From assembly GCA_028023455.1 (NCBI GenBank), contig JAQFVV010000002.1, forward strand, positions 32,116,001 to 32,180,000: DNA of 64,000 bases, in the 5' to 3' direction. The notes beneath the pieces were generated by a model. That model did no database searches. It was not told the origin of the DNA and saw only the letters and a program-made list of their open reading frames with translations. This document shows, piece by piece, positions 23,771-37,037 of this stretch (the stretch's first letter is position 1; each line of letters begins with the position of its first letter). The position numbers and the translations under genes are program-made. This DNA comes from Epiperipatus broadwayi. Taxonomy: Eukaryota; Animalia; Onychophora.

Positions 23771-24489
23771 CTATACAGGCTTACACACACCTGCATATAT
23801 ATAATATAATATATAAGGGATTTGAACTCAGACTTTCACATGACCTCAACTCTCCAAGCCATCTCAAATTGCTGACCCACCCGCTCACACACATGTTGAA
23901 AAGATAAATAATCACTAATATACGTATTTCATGCTAAACCAGCAATCATATATATATGTATATTATAATCTTCCAGAATGCGACCAAGTAACCATAAAGT
24001 AAAGTATAGATCTAAACACGGGTCTAAACCAGGACAAGATCTCTAATGCATTAAATAAGCATAAGTCGTCTCATAGGCTAAATGAGCAATAACTGAATAA
24101 ATCCTCTCATGGACTAAGCACACAGTAATTAATATATTATTTTACAATGTGGATAGATCAATGGTTGATTGATAATACATTCTACAAACAATAATAATGA
24201 ATAGTAATAGTAATCTCAGGTTCTTAAATATTAAATAATTCAGTTATAAAAATTTGCAATGATAATCTAAAATAATTTAGGTTCTTTTGACTAATTAGGG
24301 GCAATAATAACAATGAGACACTTATTTTCTTAACATTGTATCAACACTTTCTTCCTTTATAATGAAGTACAGATTTATCTAAAGACAGGTTTAAACATAA
24401 TATTGGCTAGCAAAGATTAATTCTTATTTCTCTGTTGGTTCTTAAATCACCAGCTAAACAAAATTAAGTTTTCGTAAAATCTAAAATAA

Positions 24490-25075
24490 TTCATCATCAT
24501 CATCATCATCAACTATTATCAATCCACTGCAGGATGAAGGTCTCTCCAAGTTTAATCCATCTTCTCTGATCTTTAGCTTCTCTTCTTCACATCACCCCTG
24601 CACACTTTCTTATTTCATCCATCCATCTCACATGTGGTCTCTTTCTGGGTCTTTTACAATCTCTTGGAATCCAGTTTAAGATTTCAATTGTCCATCTATT
24701 ATCACCTCTTCTAGCAATATGTCCAGCCCAACTCCACTTCAATCTTTTAATTTTTTCAATGAGGTCAATAACACCTGTTTGTTCTCTTACCCATACATTG
24801 CACTTTCGATCTCTTCTTGTTACTCCCAACATGGATCTCTCCATACTTCTTTGAGTGGTCTGGAGTCTCTGTATTGCTCTTCTACTAAGTGTCCAAGTCT
24901 CAGATCCATAAGTAAAAACTGGTAAAACACATTTGTTAAAAACCTTCCTTTTCAAACACAGGCATATTTCCTTTTAGTATCAAGTTATTTCTACCAAAAG
25001 CACTCCAACCAAGTTTAATTCTGATTAATTTCATCCATTATGTTTCCATATGTATTAATAATCTGACCAAACACA
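24490..25075 (-). mobile_element. RTE-clade LINE 3' fragment
   Basis: ORF 24587-24955 VLPVFTYGSETWTL...WSWAGHIARRGDNRW; (GAT)n tail at about 24492-24510. Confidence 0.92.
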
Positions 25076-25825
25076 TCACTAAGTACTCTACCAACAAGAG
25101 CACCAATAAAGTAATCTTATATAAATCTGACTGCATATATAATGGATTGCATGAACTGTGTCAATGTGACAATTTCAAAAATAATATGTACTCTTATATA
25201 TATTTTAACACTTTTACTATTTAAATGAATTTTCTGATATACGAATGTGACAGAGACGTAATCAAAAAATAAAATCAATATTTATTACAAAGGTTAAATA
25301 TATTTTCCTTTAGTTTACAATTTAACAAAAAATATAAATTATTTACTATTATTATTTACAATAAATATAAAAGAAAGCTTCATATCTATTAATACATAAG
25401 CTAGATATAATGCACATATATTATATAATAATATTATAATTCGATGTCTGTATTTCTTCAAAGCAATATACTAATTCATATAATAATTCATGTATTTATG
25501 GTTTTAACTTCAATTACAATAACGTTAAAATATTGCAATTAAAAAAAAATAACAACAAAAGAAAAATAAAAGAAGCTAAGCTAATATACAAATACAAGCA
25601 TGACTTAATTAACAGACAGGCAGCAAATATTAAGATCATTGAATTGTGGGAAGGTTAGCCTTTCAAAGTCTTAGTTGACAAAGACCTCAAGGCTAGTCGA
25701 AAGCACTCCTAAGTGGATAAATTTTTTTAAATATATCTGATTACTGTATTTATAAATATTCAATTATATAATTACATATAGTATATTATATGTGTGATAT
25801 ATTTACATTATATAAATAAATAAAT

Positions 25826-26490
25826 ATGCACACTTTCGCATATATTAATGAAGCTCTAGTTATTTAATATTTATGCTTTTATAAGCTTTGCACTTTAGGG
25901 ATGTAATTTTGGACCCCAATACACATAGTTTTACAAATTATAACTCCGTTATAAGTTGTTATTCATTTATGCAAATGTATTTGAATATTTGACTAGTCCA
26001 TTGTTTGGAGAGAGCAAAGTAAGCTTCTTTTCTGTTAATGGCGCTGAGGTCATTTGCAATACAATAAGCCTCTTTAATCTTTTGTTTCTTTTCTATGCAA
26101 ATGATTTGGGCAGTAGTAGGTTTAAATGAGTGACCTGTGGTTATTTGATGCTGGGAGCATCAAACAACCACAGGTCACTCATTTGAACCTATTACTGACC
26201 AAATCATTTGCATAGAGAAGAACGATGCCAAAAGAAAGATTAAAGAGGCTTACTGTATTGCAAATGACTTCAGCGCCATTAACAGAAGAGAAGCTTGCTT
26301 TGCTCTCTCCAAACGATGGACTAATTAAATATTCAAATACATTTGCATAAATGAATAACAACTTATAATGGAGTTATCATTTGTAAAACTATGAGTATGG
26401 GGTCCAAAATTACATCCCTAAAGCACAAAGCTTATAAAAGCATAAATATTAAATAACTAGAGCTTCACTAATATATGCGAAAGAGTGCAT
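25826..26490. mobile_element. Near-perfect fold-back of a Penelope-like 3' end (GIY-YIG C-terminus + 3' UTR)
   Basis: Arms of about 330 bp around a 3-nt loop (ggg, 26153-26155). The right arm translates HQTTTGHSFEPITDQIICIEKNDAKRKIKEAYCIANDFSAINRREACFALSKRWTN, matching the PLE C-terminal pattern H...GH.F...I..E....R.IKEA..I...INR.E...LS..W. Confidence 0.85.
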
Positions 26491-29400
26491 AATTATAATT
26501 ACAATTTTAATAGTGAAGAAAAAAGGTTACCTATTTATAAACAGCTCCTGCAGCTTGAATTTAATAATCAGTGATACATACTAAGAGTAATGAGAATGGA
26601 CTAATAACATAGTTGTAGCTAATAATATATAATAAGATATATCTACATTGAAATTGGCACACAATTTCTTAATATATAATTTAAAGGGGTACATTGTATT
26701 AGTCTTAGATAATTAAAGCTTGTGGAGTAGAGAAATACAAACTCAATACGTTACTCAACACATAATCATTTCAAAAAATATATAATAAGGGAATAGGGGA
26801 GTATAGTCATGCCTTTTGTAATACACAATTTGGAACATCTCAGTATTTATGCATAACAATGATAAGAAAACAAACCTACGCTAAAGAGAGTAGAGCAATA
26901 TTGACTCAATTTACACACATACAAGCATCCCATAGATATCTACCACCAACATAAGGAAAGGCCTAACAAATAATATCTAAGCAAAATGAGAAATCATCAA
27001 CACAATTGCCACAATAAATACATGATCAAAATCAGAAATACCAATAATGAAAGGAAAGGCAATGAGATAATAATTTAATGGAAAATCTTAAACCGCATCT
27101 ATTCATATTCATAACACATATAACAAAATATAATCAAAAGACCGATACAAATGTCTGTATGAAAGATGAATAAATAGTTAATTTTAAAGTTATAATTATA
27201 ATAATAGAAACTATACTCCAACCCAAAGTGAAATATATAGTATATATCAAAGTATCAACTCCCCTACCCTTATGAGTTTTTTTAAAGCATACATAAGTTC
27301 TCTGCTGTGGTCTCTTAAAACACAATAAACACAAATAAAACCATTTATATACACCATCTTTAAATACATGATTATATAAGTTAAATATACCCAAATAACA
27401 AACAAAATAAAATGAGATTAACAAAATATTAACATTTCAAATATCGTAATAATAATAAAATATAAAAGAAATAAAAGAAAATCTTAAATGGTTTCTCTTC
27501 TTCTCTGGAGTGCAAGTGATTTTCCCCCAATTGTAAGTTTGATTACTTTGACAACTGTTTGTATTATTTCACTTATTTTAAGAGCACATTCTCAAGAACG
27601 ATTCCAAATGATCATATATATATATATCTTCATTAGGAGATTGGAGATTTTTCCGTAATAATGAATTCACATTAAATAACATAATACAGCAAGACGGCAA
27701 TTTCTTTTGAGAGATTAAAAAAAAAGATATTGACGTTAACTTTGCAAAGATTAAAGTGACTATTTAAATTAAAGAACAAATTGAATATATTCTGCAATCA
27801 AAACATATATATTAAAGTTGAATCCAAACAAAAGGAGTTATATACTTTATATAGGTGGTAATCATGACGGATAAGTTATAAATGCATAATATAAATTAAT
27901 TATATTAAATAGGTTGTAAGCATATATATAGAGTGATCATGTAAATATAAAAAGTTCATTATAAACCAATATGTATGTCCAAATGTAATTATTTTTCATA
28001 ACAAACTATTATAAAGCAAAGCATATATTCAAATATAAGTATAAATAAGCGAGATATAATAAATGTAAATCCATAATTATATTTTATAATAAGCTATATA
28101 CATCTTAGCCATAGATTTATCTAATAAAATCAATATAGTTCATGGCAAAATAGTATAAGTTTCTAGTTTCAGGTAAAATATTATAAGCTTGAGCAAAATT
28201 GACAAAGTTCGCAAGATAATAAGACAGATAATACATCTGATTGCATTGTTGAAGTTTCAACTCCTCTCCATAGAAAATTGCTTTTTTCCCTGCATTTGTA
28301 GAAATTTAGAGATTAAAGTAAAACAGCATAACTTGAAAGGATGTTAATTGCTTGAATAAGTCTGCTTTTAACAGCTCATATTTTGTCCTCCAAAACAATT
28401 AAAACTTAATTAACTTGGTTGAAGCAAGCAAAATATTAATGTAACTGACTGATAATGATGATGAATAAATGCCTTTATTAATTGTTCCTTTTAATACTCT
28501 TTTGAGAGTACCATGTGATTCCAATTAGAGCAATTAACAGAAGGGATGGTTATTACAATTGACAGGAATCTAAAAAGATTTGCACCAGAAATGATTTACA
28601 TATAATTTAAATGAATACAGAGAAAATTGACTAAGTGTTTTTATAGTAAAATACATTACCTGTCCCCCCTCCTTTTTTAAAAAAAATAAATTTGAAATTA
28701 AAGTTATCTAATTTCGAATAGTAGTAAAAGGAAAGAAAACTTTTTTTGTTTGTTTTAATAGGAAGGTAACAACAGATAAATTTATGAAAGTTAGGCTTAA
28801 CTTTTCAAAGTCAGTGATTGGGTAGATAGCAACCTAGGTTTTGATATATTCTTAAATAAATAAAAATGCAATTATACAGCTTTAAATACATAAAATAGAG
28901 CATTTAGTTGCTAAATTAAATTAATAGATATCAGCTAAATTTATATCAAAAAAAAATAATTAGATACTAGATTATACCTATATTTACTTTTTGTGCAAAA
29001 TAAATGGTCACAATATATATTTAGTTATGACCACTGACAGACTACAATTTATAGATAACTTCATGAGGTAAATATCAAGATTTGATATAGGTTTAGCAAT
29101 GGAGTTTTTCATTAGAAATATTGTTTTCTAGGGACTCCTTCTATAGAGGACATACCTGATACTCAGGTGTTCCATGTTTGCCAATAACATGTTATTTTTC
29201 ATTTCAAGAGTTTTAGACCTTAATGTTTGTAATTCTGAAATGATTATCTCCCATAATATAGCCAGAGTTCGCATTAATATGTTGCATATTTTTGTAATAT
29301 CCCTTCTTTAACATCGATACGATAGTACTTCAAGAGAATTACCATTCTTTTAATAATGTATATTTTCTTAAAACTTCTGGATTTGCATCGATTCTTGATA

Positions 29401-29509
29401 GAATACATTCTAAAATAGTATAATAACTTTTGGTATAAACCATCTTACAAATAACTACTGAAGATAGTTAAAATGATATTGCAATCATCATTTGAATAAA
29501 TAATTTTTG

Positions 29510-32050
29510 TCATCATCATCATTATCAACCATTATCAATCCACTGCAGGATGAAGGTCTCTCCAAGTTTAATCCATCTTCTCCCATCATTAGCTTCTCTT
29601 CTCCACATCACCCCTACACATTTTCTTATTTCATCCATCCATCTTACATGTGATCTCCTTCTGGGTCTTTTACAATCTCTTGGAATCCAGTTTAAAATTT
29701 CAATTGTCCATCTATTATCATCTCTTCTAGCAATATGTCCAGCCCAACTTCACTTCAATCTTTTAATTTTTTCAATGAGGTCAGTAACACCTGTTTGTTC
29801 TCTTACCCATACATTGCATTTTCGATCTCTTCTTGTTACTCCCAACATACATCTCTCCATACTTCTTTGAGTGGTCTGAAGTCTCTGTATTGATCTTCTA
29901 TTAAGTGTCCAAGTCTCAGATCCATAAGTAAGAACTGGTAAAACACATTTGTTAAAAACCTTTCTTTTCAAACACATAGGCATATTTCCTTTTAATATCA
30001 AGTTATTTCTACCAAAAGCACTCCAACCAAGTTTAATTCTATGATTAATTTCCTCTATTATGTTTCCATCTGTATTAATAATCTGACCAAGGTATTTGTA
30101 ACTCTTAACTTCTTCTAATTCATCATAATCAATCTTTATTTTCATATTTTGAGCAAATCGATTAAACATTACTTTAGACTTTTTAACATTTATCTTTAGT
30201 CCTACTTTCCTACTTTCATCTGATAACTCCTGCAACATTTCCTGCAGCTCGGAAGCATTATTTGCAAAAACAACTACATCATCTGCAAAATCTAAATGAC
30301 TTAAATAATCTCCATTTACTTTCACTCCTTTAGTTTCCCATTTTAATCCACAAAATACTTCTTGCAGCACTGCTGTAAAAAGTTTTGGAGATATGGAGTC
30401 ACCTTGTCCTACACCTTTCTCAATGTTGACTTTCCCAGTATCATTATGTAATCTAATTGTTGCTGTTGCATTTTTATAAATATTCTTTAAAATATGACAA
30501 TATCCTGGATCTATACCTTGATGATCCAATGCTTTAATCACTGAAGAAATGTTTATAGAATCAAATGCCTTTTCATAATCTACAAATCCAAAACATAATG
30601 ACAACTCATATTCATTTGTCCTTTCTATAACTTCTCTCAATACTTGAATATGATCTACTGTACTAAAACCACTTTTAAATCCAGCTTGTTCTCTTGGTTG
30701 GTGAAAATCCAAGGTTCTCTGTAGACGAGTTGTAATTATCTTGGTAAAAATTTTATATAAAACTGATAAAAGGCTGATAGGTCTGTAATTTCTAATATCT
30801 TCTTTATCACCTTTTTAAAATATTAATATTATTACTGCATTCTTCCAATCATCCGGTACATCTTTATCATTTAGACATTTGGTATATAACTTTGCTAATA
30901 TTTTTTCTGTTTCTTCACCTGCTTCTTTTAATATATCAATTATAATTCCATCATTACCTGGAGCCTTTCCTTTTTTCATACATTTAATTGCATTTCTCAC
31001 TTCTTCATTTAAAATTCTGGGCAATTCAGAAGATGTAATAGATATAGGAGGTACTTGTTCTTTATTACTATATAATTCTTGATAAAAATCTTCTACCAAT
31101 TTCATAATGTCATCCCTCTTTTTAGTAATAATTCCATCTTTTTTCCTTATTGCAGATATAAATTTCCTACCAATACCAAAATGTTGTTTTACATTCTTAA
31201 GACTTTTATTTTCTTCTACAGCTTTTCTTGCTAGTTCACAGTTATACTTTCTTATATCATTTTCAACTCTTTTCCGCACCATTTTACAAAATTCGAGATA
31301 TTCAATTCTTTTTAATGCATCATTCTTGCATATCTTCATATTCCTTCTTTTCTTCATAAGTTCTCTAGTCTCAGTAGAAATTTTATTAGTCAATTGCTGC
31401 TTTTTTCTACCAGCTATCTTTGTTGCAGTTTTTAAAAGTGTATCAGTTATTTTCATATTAATTTCATTCAAATCTGAATCATGTTCAAAATCTACTAATA
31501 CTTGAAACCGATTTGTAAGTTCTAATTTAAATTCATTAGAATGTTTCTGAAGATTAGGAATATCAACTGTAAATATAGTTTTTCTTAATAATTTTTGTCT
31601 CTCTAGTTTTACATTAACATGTATCTTACCCCTTACTAATCGATGATCACTTCCTGTGTTAAATTTATTAAGAACATTACAATCTTGAAATATGTATTTC
31701 CTGTTAGTCAAAATATAATCCAATTCTGCTGTACCTTCATTTGGATGCTTCCATGTCCATTTCCTTCTAACATTTTTCTCAAAAAAATAATTCATAATAT
31801 AAAGTTTTTCCTTCTCTGCAAACTCCACAAGTCTATGTCCTCTCTCATTTCTATTACCATAACCAAAATTACCTACAACACTTTCATCTTTCATTTGTTT
31901 ACCAATTCTAGCATTAAAATCTCCCATAACAATTTTAAAATGTTGTTTACTCTGATCAAAAGCCTTTTGTACAACCATATAAAAATCTTCTACTACTTCA
32001 TCACTGTGAGAACTTGTTGGGGCATAAACCTGAATTATCTGCATTTGATA
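29510..32050 (-). mobile_element. Near-intact, 5'-truncated RTE-clade LINE (APE + RT in one frame, two nonsense mutations)
   Basis: Listed ORFs 30815-32044 and 29750-30712 are in the same frame, separated by TAA (AAA in the 63199 copy), with TGA replacing TGG at 29750-29752. Motifs QVYAPT, GDFNA, LDYIL, GSDHR, DYEKAFDS, GQGDSISP, FADD; microsatellite tail. Confidence 0.96.
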
Positions 32051-32359
32051 TATACATATTTAAAAAGCTCCAATTTAAACTGGCCCAGCCTCCTCTTCCA
32101 GTTCTTATTACACCTTCTGCATTAATAGAAGATTTCATTTTTCATAATAGTCTTTGATGATATGCAAATGAGAATCAAGAAGATTGTTAACTTTTAAAAT
32201 AGATTAATGTAAAAAATAGGAATTTATTTTACAATGCAAAGCTAGATGGAACATTCCATTTAGGCAAATAGGGAAGTGAAATAACTCCTTATTTATATTT
32301 TGTCAAAAAATGTTCATTATTATCTGATAAACTACTGATATTAGATCATTTCCCTTATA

Positions 32360-34320
32360 ACAACATAAATCAGGTCTAATCTGGGTATCTTGACCAGAAT
32401 ATTACTAGAATATCCAATTCCTGCTGCTATGGATGGGTTTAAAAAATCCATATAAACAACTGTCACAGAATCTATTCTTTGTGAATATCAAAGGGAATTC
32501 ATTCTAGGTTGGAACAAATCTAGTAGCACTCTCTATAGTCAATTTTTGTCTACCAAAGATCCAGAAATTGCTGACAATCTTGTAAAATCACTAGAAGATA
32601 CCAAAAAAAAAAAAAAAAAGGAAGACGATGGAAAAGCAAAACATTACAAGATCTATTCATAAAATCTAACACTTTTTATGAAAAATTGTTGAATGTAAAA
32701 GTATCTATAAATAAAAATTACTACTACCACTGCTAATGTGATTATCTAGCTTATATATCAGATTTCTAAATCCAAGATTCTTAGAATATTAAAAAAACCA
32801 CCATTACGGCAAAATTGCAAGCTTCTCTTTCAGTGTTCTTTTAATATCAATCTGATAAGATCAGTAGGTATTAGTAAACTTGCTCTTGATTGTCTTAAAC
32901 TAGGATATGCCCTAGAAACAGATATTTCCAACATTTCTAACAAAATTAAAATCTAAAATCAAAACATGGTTGGCAAAACTATTCAATAATATTATTCATA
33001 CAAAAGTTTATCCAAATATTTGACACAAAAGCAAAACTATAGCCATCTTAAAAACAAATGAGTCCAGAAATAATCCCCAAAATTATCACCCAGTATGATT
33101 AATGTATTCCTTACAAGCTTTTTGAAAGCAACATTTTAACAAAAATTTGAACCATTTATCTAAAAAAACTGGCTGGGTTTAGGCTAGGAAGAAGTTCTTG
33201 TGACCACTGGGGCTATCTTTATTGATCTAACATCTGCTTATGATTTTGTTTGGAAAAATGATCTTCTAGAAGTTTCTAAAATTCTTAAATGCAGTAATGC
33301 TCTCTGATAAAAAAAAATTCAAGTGACATTAAATAATAAAGAAGCAGAATGCATGCTAATATTACTTTGACTTTTCAAAAGAAATGCTTTCCTGAAATAG
33401 AGAAGTTTCTCAATAAGGATATAAAAACATTCAAAATCTTGTTCAAAGACTGGAGTCTTCTTCCTAATCCAATGAACACAGGATGCTTAATGTTTCCTCT
33501 AATCCAGAGGGAAACATCTCATAATCTGAATGTAAACTTTTGCAATAATAGACTAAAATACAATCATATTCCCATAATATTTAGGAGTAAGTCTGGATTG
33601 TAGTCTAATTTGTTTTCCTCATTTATCTAAAGTTAGAACATTCATTTCTAGGAATAATCTCTTTGGAAAGCTACCTGGCACTACACAAATTTATGATGGA
33701 AGTATTTTATGTGCAACTTCCTTGGCAGTAACATATTCTTCTAGTGAGTACTGCATCTCTGTTTGGAGAAAAACTTCCTACATTAAATTTCTGGTTACTC
33801 AATTAAATATTACCATGAGAAATATTACTGGTACATTCAAGTCTATTCTTCTGCAATGACTTCCTGTTCTAAAACATATTTTTTTCACCAGATATTGAAT
33901 AAGAAGTTGGCTCATAGAAAATGTATAAAAAGCTGTTTAGCAGATTGGCCTTGCTCAAGATAAAGTTTCACCACCTACGATTTATATCAAACGAAAATCT
34001 TCTTTTTGGATTTTCAACCAAAAAGATACAATTGAAGAATTAAAAAAGAAATTTTATGAGCTTCCGAACATTTATTTTTGTCCGAATTCAACAATACATT
34101 CAGTAGGATTTGTTTTTTTCTAAATGCAACTGATATCTCATGAACAAATTCAAGATAAGCCATGGTCATGGTGCTCATATGCGTCATAAATGTAATTTAA
34201 CAGCCATTCATCTATGTACTTGTGGTCAAATACAAACCAAATTTGTTATTACAATGGTGTAATTGAAGGACTTAATAAAGCCACTAATATCTATATCTTA
34301 ATGGAATTTCAATAAATTTC
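32360..34320 (+). mobile_element. Degenerate Vingi/Ingi-like LINE (RT and C-terminal region)
   Basis: GFRLGRSSCDH, AIFIDLTSAYDFVWK, FPEIEKFLNKDIKTFKILFKDWSLLPNP, C-terminal GHGAHMRHK...CTCGQIQT. Clade assigned from recalled motif pattern. Confidence 0.7.
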
Positions 34321-35525
34321 TTTATGATATTTTATTAATAATTATATTGTCTAAAAAGTCCAACTAAGATTGAGCGACCAGTGAACAAATACACAATAAA
34401 GAATAATCTGAATAGTTTGTAACAACAACATCTCACACAGTTCACTAATGTTCAGTTCCCTCAATTTATTTTCAGACTGGCTGCTACAAAAATGGTTCTC
34501 AATGGACTCGGTTTACGCACACCTTGGCCCCAGTTGTTAAGCTGCACACGAACACATCATAGTATAGCACTGCAACTGGCTTTAAGCTCCTTACAGCTTC
34601 TGTTTCTGCAACAGTTCACCTGTAACTCCACTTGAAACCGCTGGAAACCCAACTCATTTAGTGGCTATCTGGACGGTTTCCTCAGGTTACTGTCTCCCAA
34701 TCTTTGTGGTCCTATTCAGCTATTGCCTGTGAACACATTTCCACTGAGTGCTGCACATTAACTGAAGCACTGACCCAAAATCTCTGCTACACTGGAATTG
34801 AACTGAAAAATCATCTGGAGATGCACTCGAATGTTTCACGTATTTGTTATGTACTCTTTTTATAGCTTTCTGATTACTCCTACAATTAATTATATTTTCC
34901 ATTACTAATTAAATTGTGTTTTCGGAATTCCTTACCATATAAGGCAATTTAGTCTTTTATCAAAAGAAATATTTGCAATCAGCAAATATTTCTTGGAATT
35001 TTATCGATAGCCATTATGTTAATTCTCTAATTAAATTTTTATCAGTTATCAGTTCGCGATCTAAAAAAAAAAAAACTCTCTAATAAATTCTAGTTTTTCT
35101 GGAGTGTACAAACTTGTATAATATTTTTACAAAAATACAACTAAATAAATAATAATTAAAAACTTTTAAAGGCAAAAACAATATTATCTTCTGACTTCTA
35201 GATTTACAGTATGCTATTTTTTGTGCTAGCCTTAACCAATTCAAAAGATGATCTATAGAATGTATTTAATGAAACCCATAAAAATATTAGTTTGGTAATT
35301 AATATTTAAAAAAAAAATCAAGTTATTTATTAGTCAGTTATGGAAGAAAAATTTTCAACCACTTTTAACTTGAATGGTTATTAGCTAGATAATATGAATC
35401 TAGTTAAATATTTTGGCAGCTTTTTTGATAGAAAAGCAGACTCAAATGCTAAGGTGAAACTCAGACTCATACATGGTATTGTTGCATTTAACAAATTCAA
35501 AGACAAGGAATTTCATTATAAAATA

Positions 35526-35680
35526 AGGCAAAACTCTCCATACAGTAGTGCCACCCTGTGCCAACCAGATTAATTAATGGATGTCAGAAAGTTTGTGCAT
35601 AAAAATCTCTATCTAGTGCCTACTCATCAAAAATCCCCAGACTAGTTTCTAGCCTTTGTCAGTGAGAAGCTTTGGTGATC
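35526..35680 (-). mobile_element. Short HHR-bearing repeat family, copy A (ribozyme decayed)
   Basis: Shares aggcaaaactctccatacagtagtgccacc... with the copies at 39730, 57518 and 62429. Minus strand reads ttctca-CTGACAA-AGGCTA-GAAA-CTAG-TC-TGGGGA (G8-to-A change, 7-nt stem II deletion). Confidence 0.8.
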
Positions 35681-36859
35681 ATGTGAATTTCATTATAGTG
35701 ATATATCCTCTATAACTAGCTTAAATGAATATACAGTTGCTATTTTGTATTTATTGTAAGGAATTGAGATCTGGGATCCCTATCAACTTAAGATTCTACA
35801 CGTATTATGCCTAGATCATAAGATCAATAGACATGATTATCAGATTCCCGGATATTATTGGTTACTATTGTAAATGATATATTCATTGGATTTGCACGTG
35901 AAGTAAATGAATGGTGAGACTTTACAACAACAAACAAAAATTCTATGATGGCATGATTTTCATACAAAGTCAGATTCAATTTATATTATAATTTCAAAGA
36001 CTCGAAAGAAGTATAAAGCTGACAACATTCTATGGAAAAATAAAGCTGGTAGATTATAATGGGCAACTATAATTAGATAAAGCATTGCTTTTTTTTCAAT
36101 AAGTTAGCTACGATCGAAATTAAGATAGCAGCAAACTGCCGAATCAATAGAACAAAGAAATAGCGTGTAATAACCAGATGTATTTATGATGAACGAATTA
36201 CTTTATATATATAATCAAGGCAAAGTACATTTTAAATTTTTTATTCTTTGTTTACTGAAATTAGAATGACGGTACTCTTTTAAGGTTTGGCTACTACTAA
36301 TGATATAAAATAAAATTGTTAAAATAATTTTCTTGTCTATTATTTATTTAAATTCTAATAAGATACTTTTTAACATTATCGTAATCATTAAAACAAAATA
36401 TGTACAATATGAATATTTAAAGCTATTCGCAATTTTACTACACTTCAGTTTTCCATAACTTATTTTTCGGTAAAGTATAAATAAAAAAAAATAAAAAAAG
36501 ACGGGAGCGACTAGGAAGTCAATTAAACAATCTAATGAAATAAATCGTTGACATTCGGGAAAAAAAATTAAATAGCCCTCGATTTGAAGCCAACTCTATC
36601 CAAAACATAGCAAAGAAAACAAATTAAAAATCTCATTCAGAATATTAGTAACTATTTAACTAAGGCAAAAATCCCAATGACAACAAATCATCTCATCATG
36701 TTTCATAAAATATTACATTCTTTTTATTTTAACTTTTTACATTATAAATAGTGTGAAATTGTAAAATGATGTTAATTTCAAATTACTATTGACCAAATAA
36801 AATAAATTGCTTCTTTTTAATACTGACGTAAAACATTGTGCGAGACTCATAAAATTAAG

Positions 36860-37037
36860 ATGGCTGTCAATGGAGAGTGGTATTTGAGAGAAGACGGATG
36901 CTTGTCCGGTGTTGAACCAGCCGTCAATGTTTTATACCATCCCACTCTCAATACTATTTTAGTAATAACTACAGAACCTTCCGTCAAAGTCATAGATGTT
37001 AACTCTGGATCACTACTTCAAAAGTTTAATTTATGTG
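36860..37037 (+). CDS. BIRC6: Baculoviral IAP repeat-containing protein 6 (Bruce/Apollon), first coding exon
   Basis: MAVNGEWYLREDGCLSGVEPAVNVLYHPTLNTILVITTEPSVKVIDVNSGSLLQKFNLC aligns with the recalled BIRC6 N-terminus (SEWLVLRDGC...LSYHPALNAILAVTSRGTIKVIDGTSGATLQ). Ends at a canonical phase-1 donor G|GTAAGG; context aagATGG. Confidence 0.9.

Noticed and set aside
23905-23985. Minus-strand CTGGAAGA...TGCT ggttt AGCAT-GAAA-TACGTAT as a hammerhead
   Set aside because: Core interrupted by AT-rich sequence and no stem I pairing.
29156-29409. Two minus-strand exon-like segments with good splice signals
   Set aside because: Joining them creates a TGA or incompatible phases, and the peptides are unrecognised; noted only within the low-interest divergent-gene finding.
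29550-32125. Plus-strand ORFs 29550-29870, 30879-31082, 31107-31505 and 31643-32125
   Set aside because: Antisense shadows of the RTE reading frame.
34461-34902. Cys-rich minus-strand translation (NCCRNRSCKELKASC) suggesting a CXC-type transposon protein
   Set aside because: Multiple stops and too weak a match to support a call.
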